DNA of 63,355 nt, counting the filler, from Olpidium bornovanus S191 (lineage: Eukaryota; Fungi; Olpidiomycota), in NCBI GenBank assembly GCA_017911155.1. It is 25 parts of 25 records of this genome, joined end to end, with 100 filler letters (N's around TTAATTAATTAA, not from the genome) between each part and the next. Parts side by side here need not be neighbours in the genome. Positions count along the whole stretch, not along the records: positions 1 to 2,770 come from JAEFCI010003281.1; positions 2,871 to 6,136 come from JAEFCI010001737.1; positions 6,237 to 7,741 come from JAEFCI010003549.1; positions 7,842 to 12,447 come from JAEFCI010012683.1; 21 more parts are not named here. The stretch is one strand, 5' to 3'. The number at the start of each line of letters is the position of its first letter. Position 1 is the first letter of the stretch. Under the pieces are notes generated by a model. It searched no databases. It was not told where the DNA came from and saw nothing but the letters and a program-made list of their open reading frames with translations. Made by a program: the position numbers and the translations under genes. Positions 1 to 12,351 of the stretch are shown here, in pieces.

Positions 1-1896
1 CATGTCGGCAGGAATGAGCTGCTGTTGCGCGGCGTCCTGTTCGCGGAAAAATTGCTCGACGTGTGAATTCCGGCCCAAACGGCACGTCGTGCGCGAGGAT
101 GTGGCCGTACGTCGCTTATCCAGGTCGTAGACGCCATAACTTCGACCGCCGTCTCGCCCTCCAGCGAGATGTACTTGTGTTGAGGCTTCTGTGCCGCCAT
201 CACCACGGTGTAGCTGATTAAAAATCCCGAAACACCGGAACACCATCAGGCATTGCGGGTACAAGCAGTGGGAAAGCACCGAGCGCATATTACCCGCGGA
301 CGCCTATTACAACGTCGTCCGTCAGCTTGAAAGGCACGCGGAATTGCGAGCGCTTTTTGACCTCCTTCCGCCGGATCTTGACAGCCAGGTTTTCAAGTTT
401 GGTCGCGCCCGATAAACCTTCCTCGTTTTCGTCCCTTGAAAGCGCGTCCTGTTGGTATTCAGCGTAAAGGCCGGTCAGGCAATTAAATTACCCCCCTCCC
501 CCCCTCCACGCCCCCAGGGATTCGCATTTGGCAACAAACCCATACAGCGTAGAAGTTCTCGAGATTAAACTCAACTCCTGGTTTTTCAAGACCGAAGAGT
601 TCGATCTGAATCCCTAGATCGGTGATATCCTTTTTGGGAGCAGTAGCAACATCGTCAACGGAAGCCTGTGCCCTGGATCCACCAGGAGACCCTTTTATCG
701 CGCTGACGTACTTGCGCGCGCGTTCTCGCGGCAGTCCGCTTGGCCATATCGCCGGAATCGGGGTCGTCCTCGTTGGTAATCAAAAAGATGCGTTTGGAGC
801 CGACCCGTTGGGCGCTGCCGCAGTATGTGCGCGACCAGACAAAGGTGCGTGTTGAGCGGCCGAAAACACCCGCATAGAAAAAAATTGCGCGAAGTTTTTT
901 TTTTTAATTCAAAAATCCGCCACGTTTGCTCACGCACTTGGCAGAGAACATGAGGTTGCACAGAAACAGCACATCTGCCAAACCTGCGCCGTTTGTAACA
1001 GTCCCGTAGTCCGTCCGGAATCTCGACGCATCCTTGTCTTCGCGACGTTGCGGGTTTTAAACGGCCGTCTCCACCCTTCCCTCCCCTCCCACACACACAC
1101 ACCTCCTCCTCCTTCCAAAAAAGCAAAGAAGAAGAACGGTCGAGAACTCTTTGCCGGCGGTTCTCACCTACAGCAATAGCTTCCAACTGCTTTATACGCT
1201 GTGCATCAGGTACGTCGAGTTCTTGTATAACGTAAACGTGTTCGGCGGAGGAGAACGTGTTCTTGGTTTTTTCCTGGAATGGAATCCGCGGGATACCAAA
1301 TGAGAAGTTTAAACCGCACGTCGCGACTTGCGGGTAAATCTTCAGCGCATCGGTCTCCCTGCGAACGATTTTCCGTCCCGACACCAAAGCCCAACCCCGT
1401 TCGCGCACCGTGTTGTAGTACACCACGCTAACGAGATCAGTTTCCGACGCGATGATTTTGTGCTTCAGGAACGCGCTGGCGCACGCGGTCGCTTGCACGG
1501 CCGGCGCACACTCGGTTTTGCCTGCGGGCTGAGAGACGAGCATCGCTGGCGCGCAGTCGATTGCGAATATGACGGCGTCCTTGCTGGCCCATTCCTGGCG
1601 GGGCGGGTTCCGAAAGAAATCGCGGGGTGGCGGGGTGGGAGGGGGGGAAGGGCCCTGAGGTTAGCGGCGCGGCAGCGTGAGCGCGGCGCTCGCCAGTCTA
1701 TTCTGGATAGTCCCTCGGGGGTCGGGAACGGCGGAGTGGCAAGGATGCGGAACGGGAAGTCGAACCGAACCCACGGCACCTGCTGAGCGTCGGTGACCAG
1801 CCCGTCCTGCAGCTCCTCCTCCTCGTCGCCGTCTCCAAAGTCATCGTCTCCCCAGCGCCTCCCGCCGTACCGAGCCGAAGAGTACCCCGTCGACAT
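1..1896 (-). CDS. KU70: Ku70 (ATP-dependent DNA end-binding, NHEJ), multi-exon, 3' truncated by contig end
   Basis: Spliced exons read MSTGYSSARYGG...DAVIFAIDCAPAM...KHKIIASETDLVSVVYYNT, EKTKNTFSSAEHVYVIQELDVPDAQRIKQLE, LADVLFLCNLMFS, KRIFLITNEDDP, DLGIQIELF, KLENLAVKIRRKEVKKRSQFRVPFKLTDDVVIGV. These are the Ku70 vWA and beta-barrel motifs. Confidence 0.93.
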
Positions 1897-2348
1897 GGTC
1901 GACCGGGAGCTTCCGCGTTGTGGTCGACGAGCTGTTCTCCCCCGCAGGTCGGGAATAATTTGCGCGCGGGGGCGGCTCTGGGAGACACTCTGACGTAACC
2001 GCCAAACTTGACGACTTGTCAACAGCTCAACAACCAGACCGACGTGACCAACCTTGCTAACTGTCAACCCATCCAATCTCCCCCAACACCAACGGCCCAT
2101 CCACCCCTACACCGGCGGAAGGCCGCCGGTGGCCCGGAATTTGCGGCGGCGCGGCTGCGGCAAATTCTGCAGTAAATGGCATCATTGCTGCCGAGTTGCC
2201 AACATTGTCGCTATCATCGTTCCCGCCATTACCATCGTCATCTTCGTACGGCAGGATTTGCGGCAGGATTTGCAGCGGAATTTGCCGCAGGCAGGATTTG
2301 CAGCAGGGTTCGCGGCAGGCGCCGTCAGAAAAAAAAAAAGAAAAAAAA

Positions 2349-2380
<32 letters not shown>

Positions 2381-2540
2381 GGGAAATGAAGAAGAAAAAA
2401 CGACGTTTTGTCAGCCGTCGCGCTTTCACTTGCCTCGTGGTTGACGGCGGTCGCCTCATACACTTCAGCCCGAGTGCCGTTGCCGTCGTGCCGCCGTCGG
2501 CCGTCGTGCTGTTGCTATCATGCCGTCGCCGTCGTGCCGT

Positions 2541-2709
2541 CCAGCCGTCGTGGCGTTGCCATCATGCCGCCGTCACCAGCGGTGCCCGTCGTCGTCGGCA
2601 TCGAGCTGTCGTCCGCCGTCGTGGCGTCCAGCCGTCGTGGCGTTGCCATCATGCCGCCGTCACCAGCGGTGCCGTCGTCGTCGGCATCGAGCTGTCGTCC
2701 GCCGTCGTA
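2541..2709. repeat. Tandem duplication of an 87-bp GCC/GTC-rich unit (2 copies)
   Basis: ccagccgtcgtggcgttgccatcatgccgccgtcaccagcggtgcc... starts at 2541 and again at 2628, nearly identical. Confidence 0.85.
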
Positions 2710-3103
2710 GCCGTCGCCGTTGCCAGCGTGCCGTAATAATCGCGCCGTCACCGATCCGGCGGTGGGATTCNNNNNNNNNNNNNNNNNNNNNNNNNNNNNN
2801 NNNNNNNNNNNNNNTTAATTAATTAANNNNNNNNNNNNNNNNNNNNNNNNNNNNNNNNNNNNNNNNNNNNCATGCCCGGAGCGGTTCTTTCGCAGGACTT
2901 TCTGTGATCGGGAACGGGGGCGGGTTGCAGAGAAGAGGGCGGGCGCGAAGACGCGGCAGGAAGGGGGAGGAAGGGGGAGGTCGGCAGGCGGGCGCAGAAA
3001 CCTCCCCCCGTCGCGAGCACGTGACTGCGGCCCGAGGCCAAAGCCCGCGGCCCGGTCGGACGTGACCTCCGCCGGAAACGCCCTAGCCCGAGCCCGGCCC
3101 CCC

Positions 3104-3155
<52 letters not shown>

Positions 3156-4836
3156 GAAAAGAATTACGTTCGGGGTTCCCCCGTCGTCGTCCGCGCGTCA
3201 CCCGCGGACGCCATCCCGGAGCGGAAATCCCATCCCGGAACTTAGCCTTTCCTCCACCGCCAGCCAGCCCGGAAGGTTTTTGCGCCACGCCCCGTGTTTC
3301 AATCCCCAGACCTTTTTCGGCGTCTGGGGTACCCGGCTTGGCCGGGGGGGGGGGGGGGAGGGGGAGGGACAACGGGTGAAGGGGATCCCTGTCTCGGGAA
3401 GCTCAGCGAACGCGCACCGGTCGAACGCCCCCCCCCCCCCCCCCCCCCCCCCCGCCCCCCCCCCTCCCCCCGCCGTCGCGCCGGATCCCCGCATCCCGGA
3501 ACATCTTGCGCGCGCGTCCGCCCGCGTCAGCGACCTCGGGAGTCTTTTTTGTTCTTGTGGGGAGGCGAGGCAACGGGCGGAGACGCGCGGCTTCAGCCCC
3601 TCGCGACGTAAAAACCCCCAAAGTCGGGCCCGGTCACCGCCGTCCGCCGTCAGCCGTGCCAGTGCTTTTCCCTCGTGCCCGTTCTGCATTTCCCGCCGAC
3701 CTTCGAACGTGCCCATCCCATCTCCGCCGCTTTGATGACGAGGGCCGCAAACGCCTCGCCGTGTGTGCATCCCACGCGGCAATCCGCTGCGCCGGCCGCG
3801 GTCCCCCCCCCCCCCCCCCCCCCCACACCCCCGCCCCCCCCCCCCCCCCCCCCGGCCCCCCCCCCCCCCCGCTCCCTCAGACGTCCGCACCACGACCTGC
3901 AACCGTTTCGCGCGGCCGCGGGGTTCCGGTGCCAACGCACTCTGCCACTTGTCTCTGGTGTTCCTGCGCCGTCACGGACGTCAGGTGTCATTTGCTGTCA
4001 CTGACCCTCAGGCCAAACGCAACGTTCGCTGACCGTAAGTGTCGCTGCACTATTACTGACTTCAAGTACTAGTCCACTGTCAATGGCTTTTGGGGCGAAA
4101 ACGATCCGTGATTAGTATCGCGTGCCCGTGCGCTGTCGTCTTCTTCGGGTGCGATCAACCATTGTCGAGAGCGCGACGCGGGAGCGTCGCCCGGCGATCG
4201 CGCGAACCCTCGCGGCGCCTGGAACCGGAGCCGCCCGCCGATTTTCCAACATTCCGCCGCCCCGGCTCTCTGAAACGCCGTAATGCAACGCCCTCGTCAA
4301 CCTCCCCCCCCTTTAGGTTACGAGCCCGAACGAGGCAGAACGACGACTGCGGCCGCTTCGAGCGGACCCCTGGCGACCGTGGAGGATGCCGCGCCGGGGA
4401 GGCTTTAATCCCGGCTCGTGATCCAAATCCCGGTGCGTTCCTCTTTTCTCGCTGTCCGCGGCGCTCAACCCCGTCTTCCTTCTCCGTTTCCCGAGTCCGC
4501 ACGCGCCCGCCGGGGAACGAAAACGCCCAGAAGGAAACCCCCCCGCTCTCGGCTACGGTTTCGCGCACCGCCGGCTCTCCCAGATTCGCCGACCGGGGAG
4601 ATCCGCCATCTCCCCGATCGCCTGAATCGCCGATCTTCCGATCCCCGATCGCACGATCGCACCCGAATCCCCCGTCTCCCCGCATCGCGCGATTGCCGAT
4701 CGCCGATCTTCCAGATCCTCGATCCCCGACGGCCGATCTCGCTGATCCGCAAAATCCCGCCGAGCTCCGACCGCTGTTCTCCCGAAGCCCCAAACTCCCC
4801 GATCTCCCTGATCACCAAATCTGCCGATCTTCCTAG

Positions 4837-4887
<51 letters not shown>

Positions 4888-6074
4888 ACCCCCCCACGCC
4901 TCTCCCCCCAGCCGCCGACCCCCACACTCTCCCTCATGCCCACACCCCCCGACCTTCCCCCCCCCCCCCCCCCCCCCTCCCCCCTCGTCTCCGTGACCCC
5001 CGACGTCCCCGACCACCAACGTTCCCTGACGCTCGTTCACCGGTGTCCCCGAAACACAACCCGCTGGTTTCCGTGATCTCCGATCTCCAATTGCTGATCT
5101 TCCCGCTCTCGCAGTAAAAAGAAGCCGCAAAGGAAAAGAAGCGCGCGACGGAAAAAAAAAAAAAAAAAAAAAAAAAGAAAAAAAAAAGAAAGAAAGAAAA
5201 AAAAAAGGTAAGTGCCGGCGCACCACGACGCACCTTCTCCAAGGCCACCCGGCACTTAAAAAGTAAGCGCCAACGCGCAGCCGCGCAGGTTCTCTTAAAC
5301 CTCAAGCGTAAATTTACGCGCCGAGCAGGTTCGACAGGCGGGGCCCATGTCCGGGTGGGTTTCTTTGATTCTTCCGGCGCGAAGGTTCAGATCAAAAGAG
5401 GCGAAGCGCGAGCAAGACGACACGCCGGCTTCCGGGTAGATGCGACCGAGGGCGGTAATGCCCCGAAGCGAACCGCGGACGGGAGAGGGAGGACCCCACA
5501 GGGTTGCCCCGCCCGATGCCTATGGTTATTCGAGGGCTTGACTCCAAGTTGGAATCTCGTCCAGTGAACGGAGTTTCCGGAATAGATTGATGCTGGCGAC
5601 AAACGCCTTGTTAGAGTTGCGTTTCCAAAAGGTCAACCTCCCTTGTACCAGTGGATCTGAAACCATGGTCATGGAAAGCTGGGTCGCTAGGAAATTGAAG
5701 CTCCGGTACGATCCAAGACCCGGCTGCATGATAATCACTTTCACCCGGTTAAGAACCAAACAGCCGGGGCGTGCCCAACCGCGGAGTCGGCCACTGGCGA
5801 TCCGGCCCTTGGCCGCGGTGCACGCGGGTTTTTTGCAAGAAAAAACCGCGTCCGAAAACTCATCCGAAAACAGACCTGCGCCCGGCCCCTGTCGCGGCGC
5901 GCCCGCGACAATGTCGACGCGGACGAGTCAGAAAATGCCGACAGTCACAAAGACCACGCGGCGCGAAGCCGCGCGTCGAGCCGCAAACCGTTTTGCCGGT
6001 CACGGGCCGTTCGGCTAGCTTGTACTGGCCAGCAGCGCATAACCGAACCGAAATGGCGCGAGCAGGGGGGAGGT

Positions 6075-6119
<45 letters not shown>

Positions 6120-6236
6120 CGGCGGGGGGGGGGGGGNNNNNNNNNNNNNNNNNNNNNNNNNNNNNNNNNNNNNNNNNNNNTTAATTAATTAANNNNNNNN
6201 NNNNNNNNNNNNNNNNNNNNNNNNNNNNNNNNNNNN

Positions 6237-7642
6237 CATGCTCGTACTCGACCTCCACGTGCGCACCGCGTCTCTTCTTCGCGCCGGGCAGCGGGACCCG
6301 CCGGGCGCCCTTTCGCTTGGCGCCGTATTTCTGTGCAAACAGAATCCAAAAAAAAAAATCGGCGGAGGGAGGAGTTACGGCTGCCTTGGGAGAAGCAACG
6401 GAAGCTCACGTCCGCGCTCGGAATACACCATCACAAACCTTCGGCCGCGTTCCGTCCATTTCATCAGCCGACGACGCGTCATCCTCGTCGACGGCTCCGC
6501 CCTCGAGCTCGTTTTCGTCACCGTCAAACTCGAAGATGTTCTCCATCTCCTCCTCCGACTCCTCGTCGTCTTCTACAAACTCGTGGCCTCCGAAATCGCT
6601 ATCTTCGATCTCGTCTTCGGCATCCTCGTCATCCTCTTCAGATTCGTCGCTCTCAACTTGGAGCCCTTCCTTCTCGCCTTCCAAGATCTCCTTCCATACG
6701 TCCTCGTTTACGTTCAGCGGCGCGTCACCGTACGCCTTCGTCCGCAACCGATCCAGCAGCTCCTTCTCAATGGATTTGTCCAGGCGGGCCGCAATCTCTG
6801 CCTTCTGCTCTCGCCGCTTCTCGCGCCTCTCCACTTTGCGATTGATGGGAATGAGTGTCTTCTTAGCCGCTTTCATACGTAGCCGGCGCATCTTGATAAG
6901 GTACTGCGTAATCTTAGTGAGACGTTGCTTGCACTTGTGGACTAAAAAGTTCGGCCAGTAGACCAGTTCGTCTTGGATCTGCGGCAGCCGAGGCGCACAA
7001 CATGGTCAACACAAGCGTTTCGGCGAGTACAACGGGACCGTCGGCGACAAAATCACAGCAATGTCCGGAACCATCAAACGGGGCAGGCCAGTCAGCCGGA
7101 TCGACTAACCTGCTGAAGCGCAGTCGCATAATTCTTCGAAAGCTTCACTCTCTCCCACATGTTTGCCGGCGAGTGGGCCCGCTCGGCGGTCTTCATGTAG
7201 AGGTAAACGACGCCGTCCCTCTCCCTGACAGTAGCGTACCGGCTGTTCGCGAGCGGGCACGACTGCCGGGTACAGAAGCCTGTGACATTGTACTCGTTCC
7301 GGCAAAAGGTTTGGGTTTCGAGCCTGGAAGACATCCGCCGAAATCAAAAACAAACGGTCACTTTCGGTAGCAAAGCGGAACTCTCTTCGACAACAGATAG
7401 CTTGAGGCTGACGCGACGGCTTTGTCCGCGCGCCGGGGCGCGACAGATGTCTCGCGGACCCCCCTCCCGGCCGGTCGCACGTGCAAAACGACGGTCGCGA
7501 AAGAAAAACGAAAAAAAAAAGTAGAGCGCCTCGGGTACGGGCCCCTCCCCCGTTCCCCGGCCGCCAGCGGGCGCAAGCGGGCGGAGAACACGCACTTGAC
7601 TTTGTACGAGCAGAAGTTCTGATTAATGCACTGCCACACGAC
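6237..7642 (-). CDS. MAK16: MAK16 60S ribosome biogenesis protein, multi-exon; start codon unresolved, 3' end cut at CATG
   Basis: [16 protein letters not shown] / [30 protein letters not shown] / [13 protein letters not shown] / [26 protein letters not shown] / [31 protein letters not shown], followed by an acidic tail and GAHVEVEYE. Confidence 0.96.
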
Positions 7643-7841
7643 CTGCGGGCGAAAGTGAAAAGCAGAGAGGGAGCGGGCCCCGGGGAAGCACACTGCGGTC
7701 GTCAGCGCATTGGTTCGCGGAGAGGTTGGTGGCCGGCCGCCNNNNNNNNNNNNNNNNNNNNNNNNNNNNNNNNNNNNNNNNNNNNTTAATTAATTAANNN
7801 NNNNNNNNNNNNNNNNNNNNNNNNNNNNNNNNNNNNNNNNN

Positions 7842-10800
7842 CATGTCCGCAGAGAACACTTGCGACCTACGGGAAATCGGCGACAGAAAATGTTCGGATT
7901 GTAGACCCGACCTCCGAAGACACGCATATCCACAAAGTTGGATGCAGCATACCATAGGTAACCTGATTTTAATCGCCCGGGATGAGGCAGATCACAATTA
8001 ACGGATCGCCTCAAATCCATATCCCAAAAATCCTCACGAAATCAGTTTACCATAATACCCTAATAAAACATAGACGAGGCAATGCGTCAGCAACTTAAGA
8101 TCGCCGGCAACTGGTGAGGATGCTAGCGGCTGCGCACATACCGGCGTCATAACCTTTGTTGACCGATGCGAACGAATAAACGCATAAAACATCGCATCAA
8201 CGCCTGTCCAGAAATACACACCCAAAGGCAGCGCAGAAACAACAAAATGACGGCCAAGACATTTACCGGCCATTATGTGACCAAAGCTGGCAGCCGGACA
8301 TGTATTCTGGGCATCCGTTGTCAGTACGCGGCAAACTCCTGCTGCGCCGAGAAAAAAACAGAAAAGAAAAATAAAAATTGCCAGCTAACGTCTCGTGTAC
8401 TGACCGGCAGGCCAAGAATCATCGTGATGTCCTCCCGTAGCTGCTCCCACAGCTTCGTCGTGTCCGTCTCGGCCTTGTCCGCGGGCAAGGAATGGACAAT
8501 CATGTCGAACGTGCCAAAGAATATCTGGCGGAGGTTGTTCAGCCCGGCGTTAACGTTCCGGGACTTGACCAAGCTCTCGATTTTGTCTCTTGGAATTTTT
8601 TCCTCGGGACGCGCGTAGTGCGAGGAGATGTTGTGCAGCACCTCCGGATCCCAGCACCTGCCGATTCATGTGCGGTTATGCACGTTGTTCTCAGCAAAAA
8701 AAAAAATGGAAAGGTAATGCCTTGATGTGCCTCCAACTCACCAGTTTTCCAACATCTGGGAGGTCGGGGATGACATCGTGAGGGGAAACTTTAGCAGCGC
8801 GTTTCATGCAATCCAGGAGGAAAAAAACAAAATCCCAATGGCGCGCCTTGTCACCTGCGATGGCGCCTCAACGAAGTCACGCTCGACAGCCGTGCCATGG
8901 AATCGAGACCTTTATGTGCGAAAAGCATTGAAAAAACATCGTTGAGGCACATAGGCGGTGAAGTTAGACCGTACAAGTGCCCGTTACCATTTGGTCTCGC
9001 TTAAAAGTGTGTGCATCACGTGTCCCAGCTCGTGGAAATACGTCTCAAACTCATTGTGCTTGAGCAACGACGGAGTTTCCGCCGTGGGTTTAGAGAAATT
9101 GGCGACCATCGCCTAGGAAAATCGAAAAAAAAAAGGTTACCAGCGCCGCGCCACCAAGCTTCCTGCCGTGTCAAAACGATGTCCCGCAAAACTTACGGCA
9201 GCCGGGAACTGACGGCCAATCGTTCCGTCCGCCCGTCGAATCGTGTATCCTGGAATAATGCCGAAGCAAGCCTGCGCTCGAGATTGTTGTTAGTCTATAA
9301 CGGGCATCGCAGCAGCCCAGGTGTCCAACGCCGACCCGCCCCCCTCACCGCATGGGTATATTTTCCGTCCCGCGGGTGAAGATCCAGATAAAAGTGACCA
9401 ATGAACTGGCCGGGACAGTCTGCATCCCAAACCTCAAACATCCTGTTTGTCGGCTGATATCAGCTCGTATCTGCGAACGGAACACTTTTGTCGTTCACGT
9501 CGGCTTACCGCACATCCGGATGCCAGACTTTTTTCTTGTCGTCTGGGACCTCCAAGAACTTGCAGCCTAGTGCCGCCTCGTATATCCCCAGCATCCCTGT
9601 CGTGACCTTTGCCAGACTAAAATATTGCTTGATCGCTTCGTGATCCACTTGGTAATTTTTTTCAAGGAGGATGCGCGTCTGCAACGCGTTTTTCCAAATT
9701 TCAGGCGACATTCGTGCCCAAAATTCCCGGTCACAGCACCTAACTGACCAGATAGGTGCTATCGTAGCTGGCGACCCTGTCGCTCTCTTCCCCTTCGGCT
9801 CTCCCGTGTAGTTGGATCTCGTCCGCCTTGAGCTTTTCCAGAACTTCGAGCTCCTTTGCCGCAAGGATTCGGAGCTTTGTCCTGAGCTCGTCAAGAAAAT
9901 TGCGAACGGTCTCCGGCGTTTTCGCCATCTTTGTCTCCAGCTCAAACGCCGAATGCGACTCGTATCCGAGAACCGCGGCAGCTTCCGCGCGAAGCTTCAA
10001 CGCCTCCTCAAGCAGCTTCACATTATCCCGCGTCTTGCTGTCATTAGCGAAAGCCAGGCGCCGCCGCGTCGTCGGGTTGCTGCAGAGCTTCAGGGCTATT
10101 TTGCGGGCAGCGATTCGGCCAGGTCAGCACGAACAACGGCCCGCCTCATCAAGCGACCTCACGAAGCCGGACCACAGTACCGGGGATCAGATCTGGATAT
10201 TTCATCGTAACGATGTATTTGCCGGACGGGTCCTTGTTTAAGCTCGACAACCAGTCGGCCGGCATTCCAGCAAGCTCTTCGGCGGTCAACGCAAGGGACG
10301 TCGTGTCCTCATTCATATTCGCCTGAAACTTTATTGACAGGTCTGCTTCCCTCTTCCGCAAAGCCTTCAACTGAAACGCAAAAGGGAAAAGACGGTGCTG
10401 CACTCAGCGAAAAAAACGGCTGGATTATGTACGCCGACAAAAAAAAGGCAAACCTGCACCTTTTCTCTCTCTGCTGCAGGCAAAGCCAGGCCGTTGCTAC
10501 CGGTGAAATTTGCGACGCTTTTCGTTAGCAGATTACTATTGCAGGTGCGCCGCACAGGAACGAATGGAAACTTTCACGCAGAACAAATACCGTCTAAAAT
10601 CCAGAAGAAACCTATCAAGGAGGCGTTTGTCTTCGTGTTGAAGATCCTGCGAGCTCGGATGCTTGGCGGCCGCACACACTGAGCAAAGTCCGTCCGCGAG
10701 CAAGTGTAAGGCGGCCGCGCGTTAGCGTTTGCAGGCTCGGACGTACGGGCGCGCCGGGAGCATTGGCAATGAACGCCGGGAGCATTGGCAAAAAAACGCC

Positions 10801-11733
10801 GTGGGTTGGTTTGCTGCGGAAAACCCCGAACGGCCAGTTGTGCGTGGGTTCAACCCCTTACCAGCCTCGAAAAGATCAAGTCTCATCGCGCTCTCTATCT
10901 CAAATTCCTTGATTGCCTGATTGGCTTGCAAGCTCGCATCGCGGACTGCCTTGTCCGGGTGCACATACTGCGGAAAATAGTAAGTGGCACTTTCTGTGGC
11001 AAAGCTGTTCTCCAGGTCACCCAGACGGCAAACCGCCGCATCAAAGGTACACGTTTCCGGGGAAAGCGCGGCAATTTCGTCCTGGATCTTGGTCGCCCGA
11101 GCGATAAGTTCTGAGTTTTTTTTTTTTCATGATTTTTTCCAGTCGGGCGCGCGGGAGACCCCGCAGTTCCGTTAATGTGGCCAGCGAGAAAACACGGGCC
11201 GCCCGGCGAAATATAAAAAAGGGGGAGTTCTTGAGCACGCCTGAGGGAGTCAGTCCCTCACCCTTCGAGCGATCAAGGATCTGCTGGGGGCCGAGACTGA
11301 AGTCGAGCGGCGGGTCCGGCGCACTGGCGGCCGCAGACATGGTCGCGTCCGGACGCGGGCCGGGGTCGTCTCGCGCGTGGGCCCGGGCGCTCCGCGGGCG
11401 GCCGGGCGCGGACGCGGAGGGGAGGAAAGCAGCCGCGGCGTTGGAGGCCGGACGGCCGCCGCGCGGAGAACCCGGGAGCCGCGGGACGGACGCGAAGCGC
11501 GGGCGGAGGGCGGCGCCGGCCGGAAAAGTGCGGACGAGGGCCGAGGAGAGCCCGCGGCAAAGCGGCGGCAGGACGGCGGGCGGAAGTCGGCCTGCTGCCG
11601 CCGCTGCTGGAGCCGCCCGGGCGGCGGCGAGCGCGCGGCCGGCGCTGGTGGCGACGGGAAAGCGGCCGCGCGAGCTGCCGTTGACGAGCGGGCAGCTGCG
11701 AACGACGAGCCTGGGAGCGGACGACGACGACAT
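7842..11733 (-). CDS. Peptidase family M3A (thimet oligopeptidase/neurolysin/saccharolysin-like), multi-exon, 3' truncated
   Basis: HEXXH motif FHELGHVMH at 9020-9034; [10 protein letters not shown]; FGHIMA-GYDAGYYGYLW; EVFSADM; [14 protein letters not shown]; [21 protein letters not shown]. Confidence 0.95.
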
Positions 11734-12242
11734 GGCGGGCCAAACGTGTTTCAGCACGGCGGTGCGCGCGGGGGAAAGTGGTCGGGTGGGAGTGGAGAGG
11801 GAAGGTTGGGAGACGGGGGAAAAAGAGCGCGCGCGCGGATCCGGAAAGATAAAGAAATAATAATTAAAAACCTGCCTCACACCGACGCCGTACGCACAGT
11901 AACGGTGCGCCCTCGGCACAACTCGCCGCAAGCCGACGAATGCTCGTCCCCTAGGGAACCGGGTTGGAGGAAAAGGGGGCAGAGAGTTGGCGGCCGGCCG
12001 AAAAGGGAAGGAGAGGGCGGGGGGGGGGGAAGGAAAAGCCCCGCGCGTTCGTTGTACGCGTAGCGGGCGTCGGGGCCGTCGGTTGGCGGAACGAGCGCGG
12101 GCGAGGCCTACGTTTACAACCAGGAATGGGGGGGGCCGGGAAGAGGGGAGTGGGGGGGGGGGAATGAAGGGGTCCGGGGACAGTTCTTTTTTTTCGGCCC
12201 GGGCCTTGGCTGCCCCGAAGGGGGGCAGGTTCAAACGTCCTG

Positions 12243-12252
12243 GTCACGTGAC
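12243..12252. promoter_or_regulatory. GTCACGTGAC palindromic bHLH E-box (one of 7 perfect copies)
   Basis: Perfect 10-mer upstream of the M3A peptidase start. Other copies at 17308, 24736, 36070, 36128, 39075 and 55007. Confidence 0.6.
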
Positions 12253-12278
12253 GGGCCCGCTGTGTTGCGCATCAAAAG

Positions 12279-12351
12279 TGGGCCGACCGAGGGTCGAACT
12301 CGAGCCCTTCCCTATCCCGGAGGGACGCTCTACCAACTGAGCTATCTGCCC
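12279..12351 (-). tRNA. 73-nt tRNA-fold gene, anticodon GGG (nominal Pro), atypical
   Basis: GGGCAGATAGCTCAGTTGGTAGAGCGTCCCTCCGGGATAGGGAAGGGCTCGAGTTCGACCCTCGGTCGGCCCA. D stem 4/4, anticodon stem 5/5, T stem 5/5 (one G-U), acceptor 6/7, intact A and B boxes, TTTT terminator just downstream (12274-12277). Confidence 0.85.

Noticed and set aside
625-633. ATATCCTT as a U12 (AT-AC) intron donor, also near 44420 and 61152
   Set aside because: The 625 and 44420 hits are antisense to Ku70 and OSBP sequence, and no matching U12 branch point or AC acceptor could be identified for any of them.
2815-2826. TTAATTAATTAA as a biological repeat or regulatory motif
   Set aside because: It is always centred in N runs of fixed length; it is a synthetic six-frame-stop linker.
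2871-6136. Long poly-Pro/poly-Gly/poly-Lys ORFs (extensin- or formin-like) here and elsewhere in the ORF track
   Set aside because: They are translations of C/G/A homopolymers and GC-rich non-coding DNA, present in several frames at once with no domain motifs.
7643-7741. Missing MAK16 start codon as non-AUG initiation
   Set aside because: The contig ends about 100 bp upstream and the local ATGCGCTGACGAC could be a small indel from an MADD-like start, so the evidence is insufficient.
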